NCBI GenBank assembly: GCA_002269645.1
Contig: NIVC01001859.1
Location: 1-56,734, forward strand
Length of the DNA stretch: 56,734 bases
Direction of reading: 5' to 3'
From: Macrostomum lignano
Lineage: Eukaryota
This document shows, piece after piece, positions 1-12,120 of this stretch (positions within the stretch are counted from its first letter, which is position 1; every line of letters begins with the position of its first letter). A model generated the notes under the pieces. The model worked only from the letters and a program-made list of their open reading frames with translations, was not told the origin of the DNA and made no database searches. Made by a program: the position numbers and the translations under genes.

Positions 1-660
1 TTCCCACTCTCGCCCTTCCTTCCTCCCTCACTCTTCCTTCCCACTCTCACCCTTCCTTCCAACTCTCGCCCTTCCTTCTCTTCCTCACCCTTCCTTCCCA
101 TTCTCACTCTTCCTTCCCACTCTCACCCTTCTTCCTCCCTCACCCTTCCTTCCACTCTCGCCTTCCTTCCCTCCCTCACCCTTCCTTCCCACTCTCGCCC
201 TTCCTTCTCTTCCTCACCCTTCTTCCCACTCATCCTTCCTTCCCTCCCTCACCTTCCTTCCCATTCTCACTCTTCCTTCCCACTCTCACCCTTCCTTCCC
301 CTCTCACCCTTCCTTCCTCCCTCACCCTTCCTTCCACTCTCACCCTTCCTTCCTCCCTCACCTTCCTTCCCACTCTCACCCTTCCTTCCCACTCTCATCC
401 TTCCTTCCCTCCCTCACCCTTCTTCCACTCTCGCCCTTCTTCCCTCCCTCACTCTTCCTTCCCACTCTCACCCTTCTTCTCTTCCTCACCCTTCCCACTC
501 TCGCCCTTCTTCTCTTCCTCACCCTTCCTTCCATTCTCACTCTTCCTTCGCCACTCTACCCTTCCTTCCAACTCTCACCGTCCCTTCCTTACTCCCTCAC
601 CCTTGCTTCACTCCTTCATACCTACTCTCCCTTCACCCTTTCTTCCCTCTCTCACATCTC
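1..660. repeat. CT-rich low-complexity tandem repeat (variants of CCTTCCTTCCCACTCTCAC), in a glutaminase intron
   Basis: Almost purely pyrimidine degenerate repeats visible directly in the sequence. Confidence 0.9.
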
Positions 661-1403
661 CGTCTCTCCCTCACCCTTCCATCTCTCTCAAATCTGCTGC
701 ATGACTCTGTCGAACCTTAAAAAAATCTGCTGCATAGATTTCGAATAGTCATCTAAAATCTGACCTTAAGCTCATTAATTTTTTTTATAAAAAGTACAAT
801 CAGTGACCAGCTACTTCCAGCTGAGCGAGTTAATGAAATTTGAGAAGCTCCTTTTTTTAAATGAGTGCCAGATTTTATCGTAGCCTAGACTTCTAACTAG
901 ACTAGGACCAGAGGGCCATGGAGGCCTACAGCAAAGAGAATGTGTGGAAGAAGTAATTAATTCAATCTTGGCGCAACACTTTTTGCTACTGTTGAGCAGG
1001 GCAGGCTTTAAATAACTCGACAAAGAATGCTAAGCCTGCCAGTTGCTGCAGCTGAACCCAGCTAAGAGTGGCAGAATGCCACGAAACACTAGCTGGACAG
1101 AGGATGGAGTCCTGCCTTGGACTGGCTATCTCACAGCTGTGCTCTTGGCTAGACTAGCAATCTATTCTATTATTATCCATATTTTGCAACCAATTTTGCA
1201 ACCACTTGTCAACTTTAAAAATAGGATCCTATAGTTGCACAGTCTATGGGTCAACCTAGGTCTTACAATCCTTCTTCCAAGGCTGTAAGCTTTGGCTTTG
1301 AACCATAGAATTTTTAACTCCGAGCTTAATTTTATAAATAACTAGTGTTTAAATGATGAGTGGTATTTTATTGGTTACTTGATCAGATTAAAGCGGAATT
1401 TCT

Positions 1404-1772
1404 CATGGATGAATGAATAGAATGGATTGCTATTCTGGGCTCTGGCTATTTCGTTTTTGACTCTTTTGCATCCGGTTCCCCCCCGTGCCTTTTCATTGGT
1501 TGATGATTGCCATAGACAATTTTCGGCCTTCGCCCCTTTCTTTCGATGCACAAGCGCTTTTCGCTCGTGTTTTGAAATAAAGGGGAAGACCTACAAGCAC
1601 GATTCGAGAGTCGATTCGTCTACAATAAAACGAAAGAAAGGGGCGAAGGCCGAAAATTGTCTATGGTAATCATCAACCAATGAAAAGGCACGGGGGGGAA
1701 CCGGATGCAAAAGAGTCAGAAACGAAAATAGCCAGAGCCAGAATAGCAATCCATTCTATTCATTCATCCATG
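1404..1772. mobile_element. hAT-type MITE / foldback element with 142-bp terminal inverted repeats
   Basis: 1404-1545 is a near-perfect reverse complement of 1631-1772; termini CATGG...CCATG; identical 8-bp flanks GAATTTCT at 1396-1403 and 1773-1780 (8-bp TSD is typical of hAT). Confidence 0.85.
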
Positions 1773-2581
1773 GAATTTCTCCACAAAATCTATGCCATGG
1801 GGCTGAAAGTTGATTCGTTCTTTGAAGATCCGCACTGCATAAGCTTCATTGAGAAGAGCATCTTCTTCTTCACTGTCGCTAAACATGCTTTATCCAAGTA
1901 TTCTATCCTATCTAAGTTCTAGTTCTCTATCCAAGTAGACTGTTGACAAGAGCTTAGGCCACTTGTAGACTTGTCTTTGACAAGTGGGACTCTTCGATGG
2001 TGCTCAATCTAAATCTGTGTTGTCTATGGCCAAAAGAACGGCAAAAACGGCTTCACAAATTGTCACTTATCACTTGTAACTTGTTAAATTGTCATCCCTC
2101 CTCATGAAACGCTATAATTGTGAAATTTTACACTTGTCACTTGTAAATTGTCAACTTGTCACTTGTACTTGCTTCATGAAATCGGCCCCAGTCCAAAACG
2201 TTTAATAATCTACCCGTGACCCGCTTTATTAAGAGAGTTAAAGTGACAATTTGACAAGTGACAATTTGACAAGTAACAATTCGATTTTCATGAGTTTTAA
2301 GCAACCACTTGTCAAGCTGAGAAAGAGAAAAAAATTGCAGCGCTGTCTATGGGCCAAACCCGATGTCCAATTCGTTCCCCCCATATTCTTCAACCATAAG
2401 ATAAGGCCATAGACAGCTGAAACTACTGTATTATGGCTTTGAACAGTATCGATATCGACTTGCGGGTAAAATTAAACAGGAGAAATGGAGTTCGATTTTG
2501 AGCGCTGGCCCAAAATTTTACAAACCCGAAATTTCCCAAAGTAACCAGGTACTTCGCAGTCAAACTCTAATAGATTTTCAC

Positions 2582-2807
2582 CTTGAAAGCAAACTGTCCA
2601 GAATAGTCGTACATGCCGCAGCTGTGCATCAGCGACAGGGTGTCCTGCACGGCCTCGTGGACAGGACTCTCTCCCTGTCAGCGGACAGATCCCACCATTG
2701 GCCAAAGTGGCCGCAATAACGGCCCCAGATTCGCAGGTGATCTCCACTGAGCACAATTGAAAATAGAAGTCGAGAACCTCTAGCACGTTGGTGCCGGCTG
2801 GGAAGCA
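2582..2807 (-). CDS. GLS: Glutaminase exon ([69 protein letters not shown]), frame-disrupted by two 1-nt deletions near 2656-2675; last exon visible, gene continues beyond the left edge
   Basis: Strong recognisable match to the GLS catalytic domain (YFQLCS, TLANGG, SCGMYD); acceptor TTTTCAG and donor GTGAAA; 226 nt instead of the expected 228. Confidence 0.9.
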
Positions 2808-2883
2808 CTGAAAATTTGTTAGATTAATAAGTGTAGATTAACCATTAGTAGGGGTATTGGTAGTTAGATTTGTAGTTAGACCT

Positions 2884-3054
2884 CATACATGCGCAACCTT
2901 GGAAATCATTCGGCCGTTTCTATTGGCAACACACACATGTAAGTCGCTATTGGCTGAGAGCAGTCACGTGACTACTATTCCGTCCAATAGCGACTTACAT
3001 GTGTGTGTTGCCAATAGAAACGGCCGGTAAATCCCTAGGTTGCGCCCAAGCATG
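2884..3054. mobile_element. Small hAT-type MITE (171 bp, about 70-bp imperfect inverted arms)
   Basis: CGGCCGTTTCTATTGGCAACACACACATGTAAGTCGCTATTGG is mirrored by its reverse complement; direct repeat TTAGACCT at 2876-2883 and 3055-3062. Confidence 0.8.
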
Positions 3055-3059
3055 TTAGA

Positions 3060-3480
3060 CCTGGTAGAGTAGTGGGTTGCTTGGTAGTAAGGTAGGTAGG
3101 TAGTGTAGGTAGATTTGTAGATAGATAGGAAGACAGTTATATTGGCGGGTAGATTGGTCGGTAAGATAGGCACGTAGACAGGTATAAAAGTAGATAGATT
3201 GCTAGGTAAATTAGTATATAGACAGATAGATTGGTAGGCAGATAGGTAGATTAGTAGGTAGATTAGTGAGCAGATAGGTAGGTAGTTGGATAGACAGGTA
3301 GATTTCTAGGTAGATTGTAGGTAGATAAGTAGACAGGTATATTAGTATGTAGATAAGTAGTTACATGGATAGACAGATAGATTGATATATAGCTATGTAG
3401 GTAGATAGGTAGACACCTAGACTGGTAGGTTATTAGATAGATTAGTGAGTGCAGATAGGTAGGTAAATTGTTAGGGGATG
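3060..3480. repeat. Degenerate (GTAG/ATAG)n low-complexity tract
   Basis: Seen directly in sequence. Confidence 0.7.
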
Positions 3481-3646
3481 GACAGGAACACTGGTCAAAC
3501 TACTTGCTAATTTAATAGACCCATTAATTACCAAGTATCATTGAGCATTAATCAGTAAGTAAACTATTAGATACGTTAGAAGGCCCACTTGTGTATCGTT
3601 GCGTTGCGTCACTCATATCAAAACGAACAAGCAGCAGCCAACTTAC

Positions 3647-3713
3647 GCCGTTCTCTTTCATGTAGTAGCCCAGACAGAAGTTCCTGTCCGCTGTCTCCCG
3701 TTCGGACAGGAAG
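3647..3713 (-). CDS. GLS: Glutaminase exon ((T)FLSERETADRNFCLGYYMKENG)
   Basis: Conserved SERE..DRN motif; acceptor TGCAG in phase 2, donor GTAAGT in phase 0; phases fit both neighbours. Confidence 0.93.
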
Positions 3714-4019
3714 CTGCATTTGAGAATCGGGAGAGGAGTAGAGATGAGCACACGGGTGAGTTAGTGGATAATTATACGTCTGGGTGGGCGGATGAGCTGG
3801 AGCAAAACTGAGAGAGGATTACACAAGAAAACTTGATGCTGAAAGCCGATAAAATGAAAAGATAAGAAATGGGCTTGAACGGAACGGAGTTAATGTAAAA
3901 AGGGAAAATTGAGGTGAGGGAACAGGTGAGAGATAAAAATGAAATGATGCGAAACGGTAAGTTTTAGAGGTAAAGAAGTGGGTGTGAAAGGAGAGATAAA
4001 AAAGTAAAAATATTTGTGA

Positions 4020-4500
<481 letters not shown>

Positions 4501-4737
4501 AGAGGTTAGAAAACAGGGTTAAAAGACAGGTGAAAAGATAAAAGGCAGATCAGAAAGGCAATGGCTAAGAGTAAGGCGATATGGACATACGCTCGTATGA
4601 GAGGTAAGGGGAATTTCATCGCATATGCAGTAAGTGAGAGTTGAGACTATAATAGGCGTTTATGATCTCGAGACAAAACAATAAGCAGGCCCATTACGAT
4701 AGAAAGAAGGAATATAGAATGTTCATTAATAACTCAC

Positions 4738-4796
4738 GTTGGATTGCTGAATCCGATAAATTCTAAACCGGCCATTTTCTTGTATTCGTTGATCAC
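4738..4796 (-). CDS. GLS: Glutaminase exon (VINEYKKMAGLEFIGFSNP)
   Basis: Matches the GLS KMAG..vGFSN segment; acceptor CTCAG, donor GTGAGT; 59 nt, phase 0 to 2. Confidence 0.92.
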
Positions 4797-5250
4797 CTGA
4801 GCAGATTGGCAGGTAGATAATTGAGGCGATTTAGCATTCCTTCACATAGTAACAACTAGATGTATGTAAAGCTTATTGAAAATGTAGTGTAACTGTACTG
4901 AGATAACTTATAATTATGAGTCAGTCATAATTGAAGTGCAGGTACCAAATAACTGCAAAATACGATCATAATTAGACACCGTGCAGACTAATTAGCAGAA
5001 TAATAACAGTATTGATTTTTTATGAAAAATAGCGTGCTCTACACAGTAACAATAGTTTGTAGTACTGCGATCCTATAAAGTACACAATCAATCACATGCA
5101 AACAACACGAATCACGTTCCTTTTCGAAAGTTTTTTTTGCAAATCAGCACGAATTATCAGTAATATAAGTAGCATTATTGATGTGAATACATTATCATAA
5201 AAGTGCAAAATAGTGAAAAGTACAGTTTGGAATCCTATACTATTAGTCAC

Positions 5251-6941
5251 AAAGGGATAATGGCGGCCCAGTTAAAAAATCAAAGGGATAATGGCGGCCC
5301 AGTTAAAGAATCAAAGGGATAATGGCGGCCCAGTTAAAGAATCAAAGGGATAATGGCGGCTCAGTTAAAGAATCAAAGGGATAATGGCGGCCCAGTTAAA
5401 GAATCAAAGGGATAATGGCGGCCCAGTTAAAGAATCAAAGGGATAATGGCGGCCCAGTTAAAAAATCAAAGGGATAATGGCGGCCCAGTTAAAGAATCAA
5501 AGGGATAATGGCGGCCCAGTTAAAGAATCAAAGGGATAATGGCGGCCCAGTTAAAGAATCAAAAGGATAATGGCGGCCCAGTTAAAGAATCAAAAGGATA
5601 ATGGCGGCCCAGTTAAAAAATCAAAGGGATATTGGCGGCCCAGTTAAAGAATCAAAAGGATAATGGCGGCCTAGTTAAAGAATCAAAGGGATAATGGCGG
5701 CCCAGTTAAAGAATCAAAAGGATATTGGCGGCCCAGTTAAAGAATCAAAAGGATAATGGCGGCCTAGTTAAAGAATCAAAGGGATAATGGCGGCCCAGTT
5801 AAAGAATCAAAGGGATAATGGCGGCCCAGTTAAAGAATCAAAGGGATAATGGCGGCTCAGTTAAAGAATCAAAAGGATAATGGCGGCCTAGTTAAAGAAT
5901 CAAAGGATAATGGCGGCTCAGTTAAAGAATCAAAGGGATAATGGCGGCCCAGTTAAAGAATCAAAGGGATAATGGCGGCCCAGTTAAAGAATCAAAGGGA
6001 TAATGGCGGCTCAGTTAAAGAATCAAAGGGATAATGGCGGCCCAGTTAAAGGAATCAAAGGGATAATGGCGGCCTAGTTAAAGAATCAAAGGGATAATGG
6101 CGGCCCAGTTAAAGAATCAAAGGGATAATGGCGGCCCAGTTAAAGAATCAAAGGGATAATGGCGGCCCAGTTAAAGAATCAAAGGGATAATGGCGGCCCA
6201 GTTAAAGAATCAAAGGGATAATGGCGGCCTAGTTAAAGAATCAAAGGGATAATGGCGGCTCAGTTAAAGAATCAAAGGGATAATGGCGGCTCAGTAAAAG
6301 AATCAAAGGGATAATGGCGGCCCAGTTAAAGAATCAAAGGGATAATGGCGGCCCAGTTAAAGAATCAAAGGGATAATGGCGGCTCAGTTAAAGAATCAAA
6401 GGGATAATGGCGGCCCAGTTAAAGAATCAAAGGGATAATGGCGGCTCAGTTAAAGAACCAAAGGGATAATGGCGGCTCAGTTAAAGAATCAAAGGGATAA
6501 TGGCGGCTCAGTTAAAGAATCAAAGGGATAATGGCGGCCCAGTTAAAGAATCAAAGGGATAATGGCGGCCCAGTTAAAGAATCAAAGGGATAATGGCGGC
6601 CTAGTTAAAGAATCAAAGGGATAATGGCGGCTCAGTTAAAGAATCAAAGGGATAATGGCGGCTCAGTTAAAGAATCAAAGGGATAATGGCGGCCCAGTTA
6701 AAGAATCAAAGGATAATGGCGGCCCAGTTAAAGAATCAAAGGGATAATGGCGGCCCAGTTAAAGAATCAAAGGGATAATGGCGGCTCAGTTAAAGAATCA
6801 AAAGGATAATTGCAGCCTAGTTAATGAACAAAGGGATAATGGCAGCCTAGTTAAAGAATCAAAGGGATAATGGCGGCCCAGTTAAAGAATCAAAGGGATA
6901 ATGGCGGCTCAGTTAAAGAATCAAAAGGATAATGGCGGCTC
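5251..6941. repeat. 31-bp minisatellite (AAAGGGATAATGGCGGCCCAGTTAAAGAATC), about 54 copies
   Basis: Highly homogeneous head-to-tail units with no spacers. Confidence 0.97.
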
Positions 6942-7284
6942 TATCTAAGCAATAAAAAACTTGATAACGGCAGTCTAGAGAAAAAATAAAAAGATAAGTC
7001 TTATAAGACAAGCAATTAAGACAGTTCCACATTACATTGTAACATCGTGTAGTTTTCAAGCTGCTAAATTTGATAGTGTAAATATCAGTGAATTTCGACT
7101 TATGTTTCAGAGATATCCAAAAAAATAATTCGATTTCTGTAACCTAGAAAAAATATCGGTGTCTTCGTAGGGCAGAGTATAGACAATAATTAGCTAATTA
7201 GCATAAAGCACACGCACATGCGGCGATCTACCCAGCGCTCACAGCTTTAGTACGCGGTGAAGGCGCTTCATCGCCCGAGCTTAC

Positions 7285-7376
7285 ATTGTCAAACCTGTCA
7301 GCCAGCTTCAGATCTGTGTGCAGCAGGGAGCAGGTCACGATTGCGCCAGAGTTGATCATGGGATTGTGCGGCTTGT
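7285..7376 (-). CDS. GLS: Glutaminase exon ((N)KPHNPMINSGAIVTCSLLHTDLKLADRFDN)
   Basis: KPHNPMIN.GAI motif; acceptor CGCAG, donor GTAAGC; 92 nt, phase 1 to 0. Confidence 0.95.
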
Positions 7377-7494
7377 CTGCGATCGGCACAAGGTAGAAGT
7401 TAAATATTAATTGAGCTGAATGTCTGGCAATTTGAACTTGGGCTTCCTTTGCATCGCTTCTAACCACATGTACTATCAACTCTGCCACCACGCC

Positions 7495-8060
7495 GCGCTC
7501 TCACTCTCTCTTCCTCTGTTCCCCTGCTCTTCCTATCTACCCCTCCTGCTCTCTGCCACTCCTCCCCTATACCCCTGCTCTTCCTCTCTGCGACTGCTCT
7601 TCCTCTCTGCCCCTCCTCTTCCTTTCTGCCCCTCCTCTCTGCCCCTCTTCCTTTCTGCCCCTCCTCTTCCTCTCTACCTCTCCTCTTCCTCTCTACCCCT
7701 CCGCTTCCTCTCTGCCCCTCCTCCCCTATACCCCTGCTCTTCCTCTCTGCGACTGCTCTTCCTCTCTGCCCCTCCTCTTCCTTTCTGCCCCTCCTCTCTG
7801 CCCCTCTTCCTTTCTGCCCCTCCTCTTCCTTTCTGCCCCTCCTCTCTGCCCTCTTCCTTTCTGCCCCTCCTCTCTGCCCCTCTTCCTCTCTGCCCCTCCT
7901 CTCTGCCCCTCCTCTTCCTTTCTGCCCCTCCTCTCTGCCCTCTTCCTTTCTGCCCCTCCTCTACCTCTCTATTCCTCCTCTTCTCTGCCCCTCCACTTCC
8001 TCTCTCCCTCTCTTTTTCTCTGCCTCTCCTCTCTCCTCGTGATCTTCCTATCTACCTCTC
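7495..8060. repeat. CT-rich degenerate tandem repeat (CTCTGCCCCTCCT variants)
   Basis: Seen directly; ORF 7420..8130 is its translation. Confidence 0.9.
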
Positions 8061-8171
8061 TGCACTCTTCTCTTTTTACTTTAAACTCTCCAATTCTCCC
8101 TTCTCGTGCTTTGCTAACAAGCTCAGATGAATATGAACCTGCATGCCAAAAAACAACAGTCTCTCACTCAC

Positions 8172-8335
8172 TCTCTTTGTTGAGCGCAATAGAGTTGAAA
8201 CTAATGCCGGACGGCTCGTAGCCAATGTACTCGTGCACAGTTTTGGCGCCCAACAGAGTGATAGCCAGGGCGTAGTTCAGTGGCTTGCTGGCCGACTGGA
8301 TGCAAAATGGAATGCTCGTGTCGCCAATGTTCGCT
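8172..8335 (-). CDS. GLS: Glutaminase exon with the catalytic SxxK motif (ANIGDTSIPFCIQSASKPLNYALAITLLGAKTVHEYIGYEPSGISFNSIALNKE)
   Basis: QSASKP corresponds to human QSCVKP (catalytic Ser/Lys); EPSG motif; acceptor GGCAG, donor GTGAGT. Confidence 0.95.
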
Positions 8336-8408
8336 CTGCCGGCGGGAGGGACGGGTGAGTAACATTTAATAAATGCGTGTCTACGCAAGGACATGGAGTC
8401 CCCTTGTG

Positions 8409-9980
8409 AGTCCCGAGTCCTCAGAGGACACTCAGGTCCAAGACTGACTCCCGAGTCCTCAGAGGACACTCAGGTCCAAGACAATGCGTCTCGAGTCCTC
8501 AGAGGACACTCAGGTCCAAGACTATGAGTCCCGAATCCTCAGAGGACACTCAGGTCCAAGACTGACTCCCGAGTCCTCAGAGGACACTCAGGTCCAAGAC
8601 TATGAGTCCCGAGTCCTCAGACGACACTCAGGTCCAAGACTGAGTCCCGAGTCCACAGAGGACACTCAAGTCCAAGACAATGCGTCCCGAGTCCTCAGAG
8701 GACACTCAGGTCCAAGACTATGAGTCCCGAGTCCTCAGACGACACTCAGGTCCAAGACTGAGTCCCGAGTCCTCAGAGGACACTCAGGTCCAAGACTATG
8801 AGTCCCGAGTCCTCAGAGGACACTCAGGTCCAAGACTGAGTCCCGAGTCCACAGAGGACACTCAGGTCCAAGACTATGAGTCCCGAGTCCACAGAGGACA
8901 CTCAGGTCCAAGACTGAGTCCCGAGTCCTCAGAGGACACTCAGGTCCAAGACTATGAGTCCCGAGTCCTCAGAGGACACTCAGGTCCAAGACTATGAGTC
9001 CCGAGTCCACAGAGGACACTCAGGTCCAAGACTATGAGTCCCGATCGAGTCTTCAGAGGACACTCAGGTCCAAGACTATGAGTCCCGAGTCCTCAGAGGA
9101 CACTCAGGTCCAAGACTGAGTCCCGAGTCCTCAGAGGACACTAAGGTCCAAGATTGAGTCCCGATCGAGTCCTCAGAGGACACTAAGGTCCAAGATTGAG
9201 TCCCGATCGAGTCCTCAGAAGACACTCAGGTCCAAGACTGAGTCCCGAGTCCTCAGAGGACACTCAGGTCCAAGACTGAGTCCCGAATCCTCAGAGGACA
9301 CTCAGGTCCAAGACTGAGTCCCGAGTCCTCAGAGGACACTCAGGTCCAAGACTGAGTCCCGAGTCCTCAGAGGACACTCAGGTCCAAGACTATGAGTCCC
9401 GAGTCCTCAGAGGACACTCAGGTCCAAGACTGAGTCCCGAGTCCTCAGAGGACACTCAGGTCCAAGACTGAGTCCCGAGTCCTCAGAGGACACTCAGGTC
9501 CAAGACTATGAGTCCCGAGTCCACAGAGGACACTCAGGTCCAAGACTATGAGTTCCGAGTCCTCAGAGGACACTCAGGTCCAAGACTGAGTCCCGAGTCC
9601 TCAGAGGACACTCAGATCCAAGACTATGAGTCCCGAGTCCTCAGACGACACTCAGGTCCAAGACTGAGTCCCGAGTCCACAGAGGACACTCAGGTCCAAG
9701 ACTATGAGTCCCGAGTCCACAGAGGACACTCAGGTCCAAGACTATGAGTCCCGAGTCCACAGAGGACACTCAGGTCCAAGACTATGAGTTCCGAGTCCAC
9801 AGAGGACACTCAGGTCAAAGACTATGAGTCCCGAGTCCACAGAGGACACTCAGGTCCAAGACTATGAGTCCCGAGTCCTCAGAGGACACTCAGGTCCAAG
9901 ACTATGAGTCCCGAGTCCTCAGACGACACTTATATCCAACGCTATGAGTCCCGAGTCCTCAGAGGACACTCAAGTCCAAA
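8409..9980. repeat. 38/40-bp minisatellite (GAGTCCCGAGTCCTCAGAGGACACTCAGGTCCAAGACT[AT]), about 40 copies
   Basis: Seen directly; ORFs 8484-10251 are translations of it. Confidence 0.96.
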
Positions 9981-10153
9981 AGTGAGCCTAGAGTTCTCGG
10001 AGGACATCTTAAGACAGTTCCGAGTGACTGAGGACCTCCGAAATTCCAGTCTCCAGAGATCGCAGAGAACACCCCGTGAAAGCTGCCCGAGTCCTCAAAA
10101 AACGAAGCATGCAACTATATATAACCTAAATAAACTCTCAATTTCAAGCTCAC

Positions 10154-10233
10154 CTTTGCCCATCCACGGTGCAAACAGACACGCCCCAGTGCGATCTGTT
10201 CGCTCTGGCCAATTGCGGTATGTAGTCAGCTGG
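10154..10233 (-). CDS. GLS: Glutaminase exon (PADYIPQLARANRSHWGVSVCTVDGQ(R))
   Basis: ADYIPQLA and WGVSVCTVDGQR are hallmark glutaminase motifs; acceptor TATAG, donor GTGAGC. Confidence 0.96.
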
Positions 10234-10328
10234 CTATATGGAAACAGGTGAAATAAATTCTAGTTCAAAGCCGTTAAATCAAGTTTTTAAAAGTTCACTT
10301 AGAAAAGCATTAATCAAGAGCGTCTTAC

Positions 10329-10458
10329 ATCGCCTTCGTCAAACGATTTGCAATCCTCGTAGATATTCAAAATTTCGTCCCAGAAATTTTTGAACTGTTG
10401 GATAACGAAGTCGTTGGTCATAATGCGATGCAGCATGACGCAGTTGTGTGATACGATT
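10329..10458 (-). CDS. GLS: Glutaminase exon (IVSHNCVMLHRIMTNDFVIQQFKNFWDEILNIYEDCKSFDEGD)
   Basis: Open frame, resembles the F..F...I..lY segment of GLS; acceptor TGCAG, donor GTAAGA; phases match neighbours. Confidence 0.9.
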
Positions 10459-10535
10459 CTGCAAGTGAGAACGGGGTAATAAAATAAGGCTTACACAGTG
10501 CAGGACTAAGGCACCAACGAATTCTTGGTAGTTAC

Positions 10536-10678
10536 TTCTTGAAAGTTTCCTTGTCCAGGAAGTAGGAATCCTTGGCTAACTCCTCCGTTTTCATCGATTT
10601 TCTCTGCAATTCAGTGATGTTCTCCATGATCTCCTTCAGTCTGGGGTCGTTTAATCCCACGCCGGCCTCTTCGATTAC
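10536..10678 (-). CDS. GLS: Glutaminase exon, N-terminal EF-hand-like domain (VIEEAGVGLNDPRLKEIMENITELQRKSMKTEELAKDSYFLDKETFK)
   Basis: DPRL and LD.E.FK motifs of the metazoan GLS N-domain; acceptor TCCAG, donor GTAACT. Confidence 0.9.
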
Positions 10679-10820
10679 CTGGATTGAGTTGAGTAGGTAT
10701 TTGGGCTGGTTTTTTAAGAAGAAATAGGTAAAATAGAAATAGGTAAGAAGTACGTACATATCCAAAATATAGTCAGGCTACAACATCCCTCATAAAAATA
10801 GTTTTCCACAGAGACACGAT

Positions 10821-11099
<279 letters not shown>

Positions 11100-11167
11100 T
11101 CAATAAGGTCAATAAATCTCCAATACGACTTTCCGTTTCCCGTTAACAAAGGTTCAACTCAACTCAC

Positions 11168-11279
11168 CGAGAAAAGCTTGTTGACCGGAACGCGGCCTTT
11201 TTTGTCTTTAAGAATCTTGAAAATAATCTCGATAGCCCGTTCCTGCTCTTCAACAGACATGTTCTTCTCGTTAGCGCTC
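11168..11279 (-). CDS. GLS: Glutaminase exon (SANEKNMSVEEQERAIEIIFKILKDKKGRVPVNKLFS)
   Basis: Open frame; acceptor TGTCAG in phase 2, donor GTGAGT in phase 0 matching the next exon. Confidence 0.85.
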
Positions 11280-11384
11280 CTGACAATTGATTTATTTGGT
11301 TAAAATATATAAAATATATGAAGTTACAGAGACCTCTGTAGTTTTTGCCATTGTAGTTGGCGCCCCTTTGTACGTAGCACCTCC

Positions 11385-12120
11385 TCTATAGCTGGCGCTT
11401 TCTTCTGTAGATGGCGCTCCCAGGTGGCACCCTGCCTCTGTAGGTGGCGCTTCCCTCTGTAGGTGGCGCTCCCCTCTGTAGGTGGCACCCTCCCTCTGTA
11501 GGTGGCGCCCCTCCCCTCTGTAGGTGGCACCCCTCCCCTCTGTAGGTGGCGCCCCTCCCCTCTGTAGGTGGCGCCCCTGCCCCTCCCCTCTGTAGGTGGC
11601 GCCCCTCCCCTCTGTAGGTGGCGCCCCTCCCCTCTGTAGGTGGCGCCCCTCCCCTCTGTAGGTGGTGCTTCCTTCGCTCTGTAGGTTGCGCTTCCCTCTG
11701 TAGGTGGTGCTCCCGTCTGTAGGTGGCGCCCCCTCCCTCTGTAGGTGGTGCTACCATCCCTCTGTAGGTGGCACCCCTCCCCTCTGTAGGTGGCGCCCCT
11801 CCCCTCTGTAGGTGGTGCTTCCCTCTCTCTGTAGGTTGCGCTTCCCTCTGTAGGTGGTGCTCCCGTCTGTAGGTGGCGCCCCCTCCCTCTGTAGGTGGTG
11901 CTACCATCTCTGTGTAGGTGGCGCCACCTCCCTCTGTACGTGGCGCTCCCCTCTGTAGATGGCGCCCCCTCCCTATGTACGTGGCGCACCCCTCTGTATG
12001 TAGGTGGCGCTCCCCTCTGTAGGTGGCGCTCCCGTCTGTAGGTGGCGCCCCCTCCCTCTGTAGCTGGCGGCGCCTTCTCAATAGGTAGCGCCGCTCCGTA
12101 TAAGCTGGCGCCCCCTCTGT
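11385..12120. repeat. GC-rich minisatellite of about 20-23 bp (CTCTGTAGGTGGCGCCCCTCCC variants)
   Basis: Seen directly; ORFs 11324/11386 are translations of it. Confidence 0.93.

Noticed and set aside
2060-2300. Loose inverted TTGTCACTT/AAGTGACAA clusters and a Harbinger-like end TTCATGAAATCGGCCCC
   Set aside because: No matching second terminus or TSD could be defined
3714-3745. Apparent frameshift in FSNAAF upstream of the 3647-3713 exon
   Set aside because: The FSNP codons are in the 4738-4796 exon; the TGCAG acceptor at 3714 gives a clean phase-2 join
5251-6941. 31-bp and 38/40-bp arrays as CRISPR-like loci
   Set aside because: Units are head-to-tail with no unique spacers, there are no cas genes, and the context is eukaryotic introns
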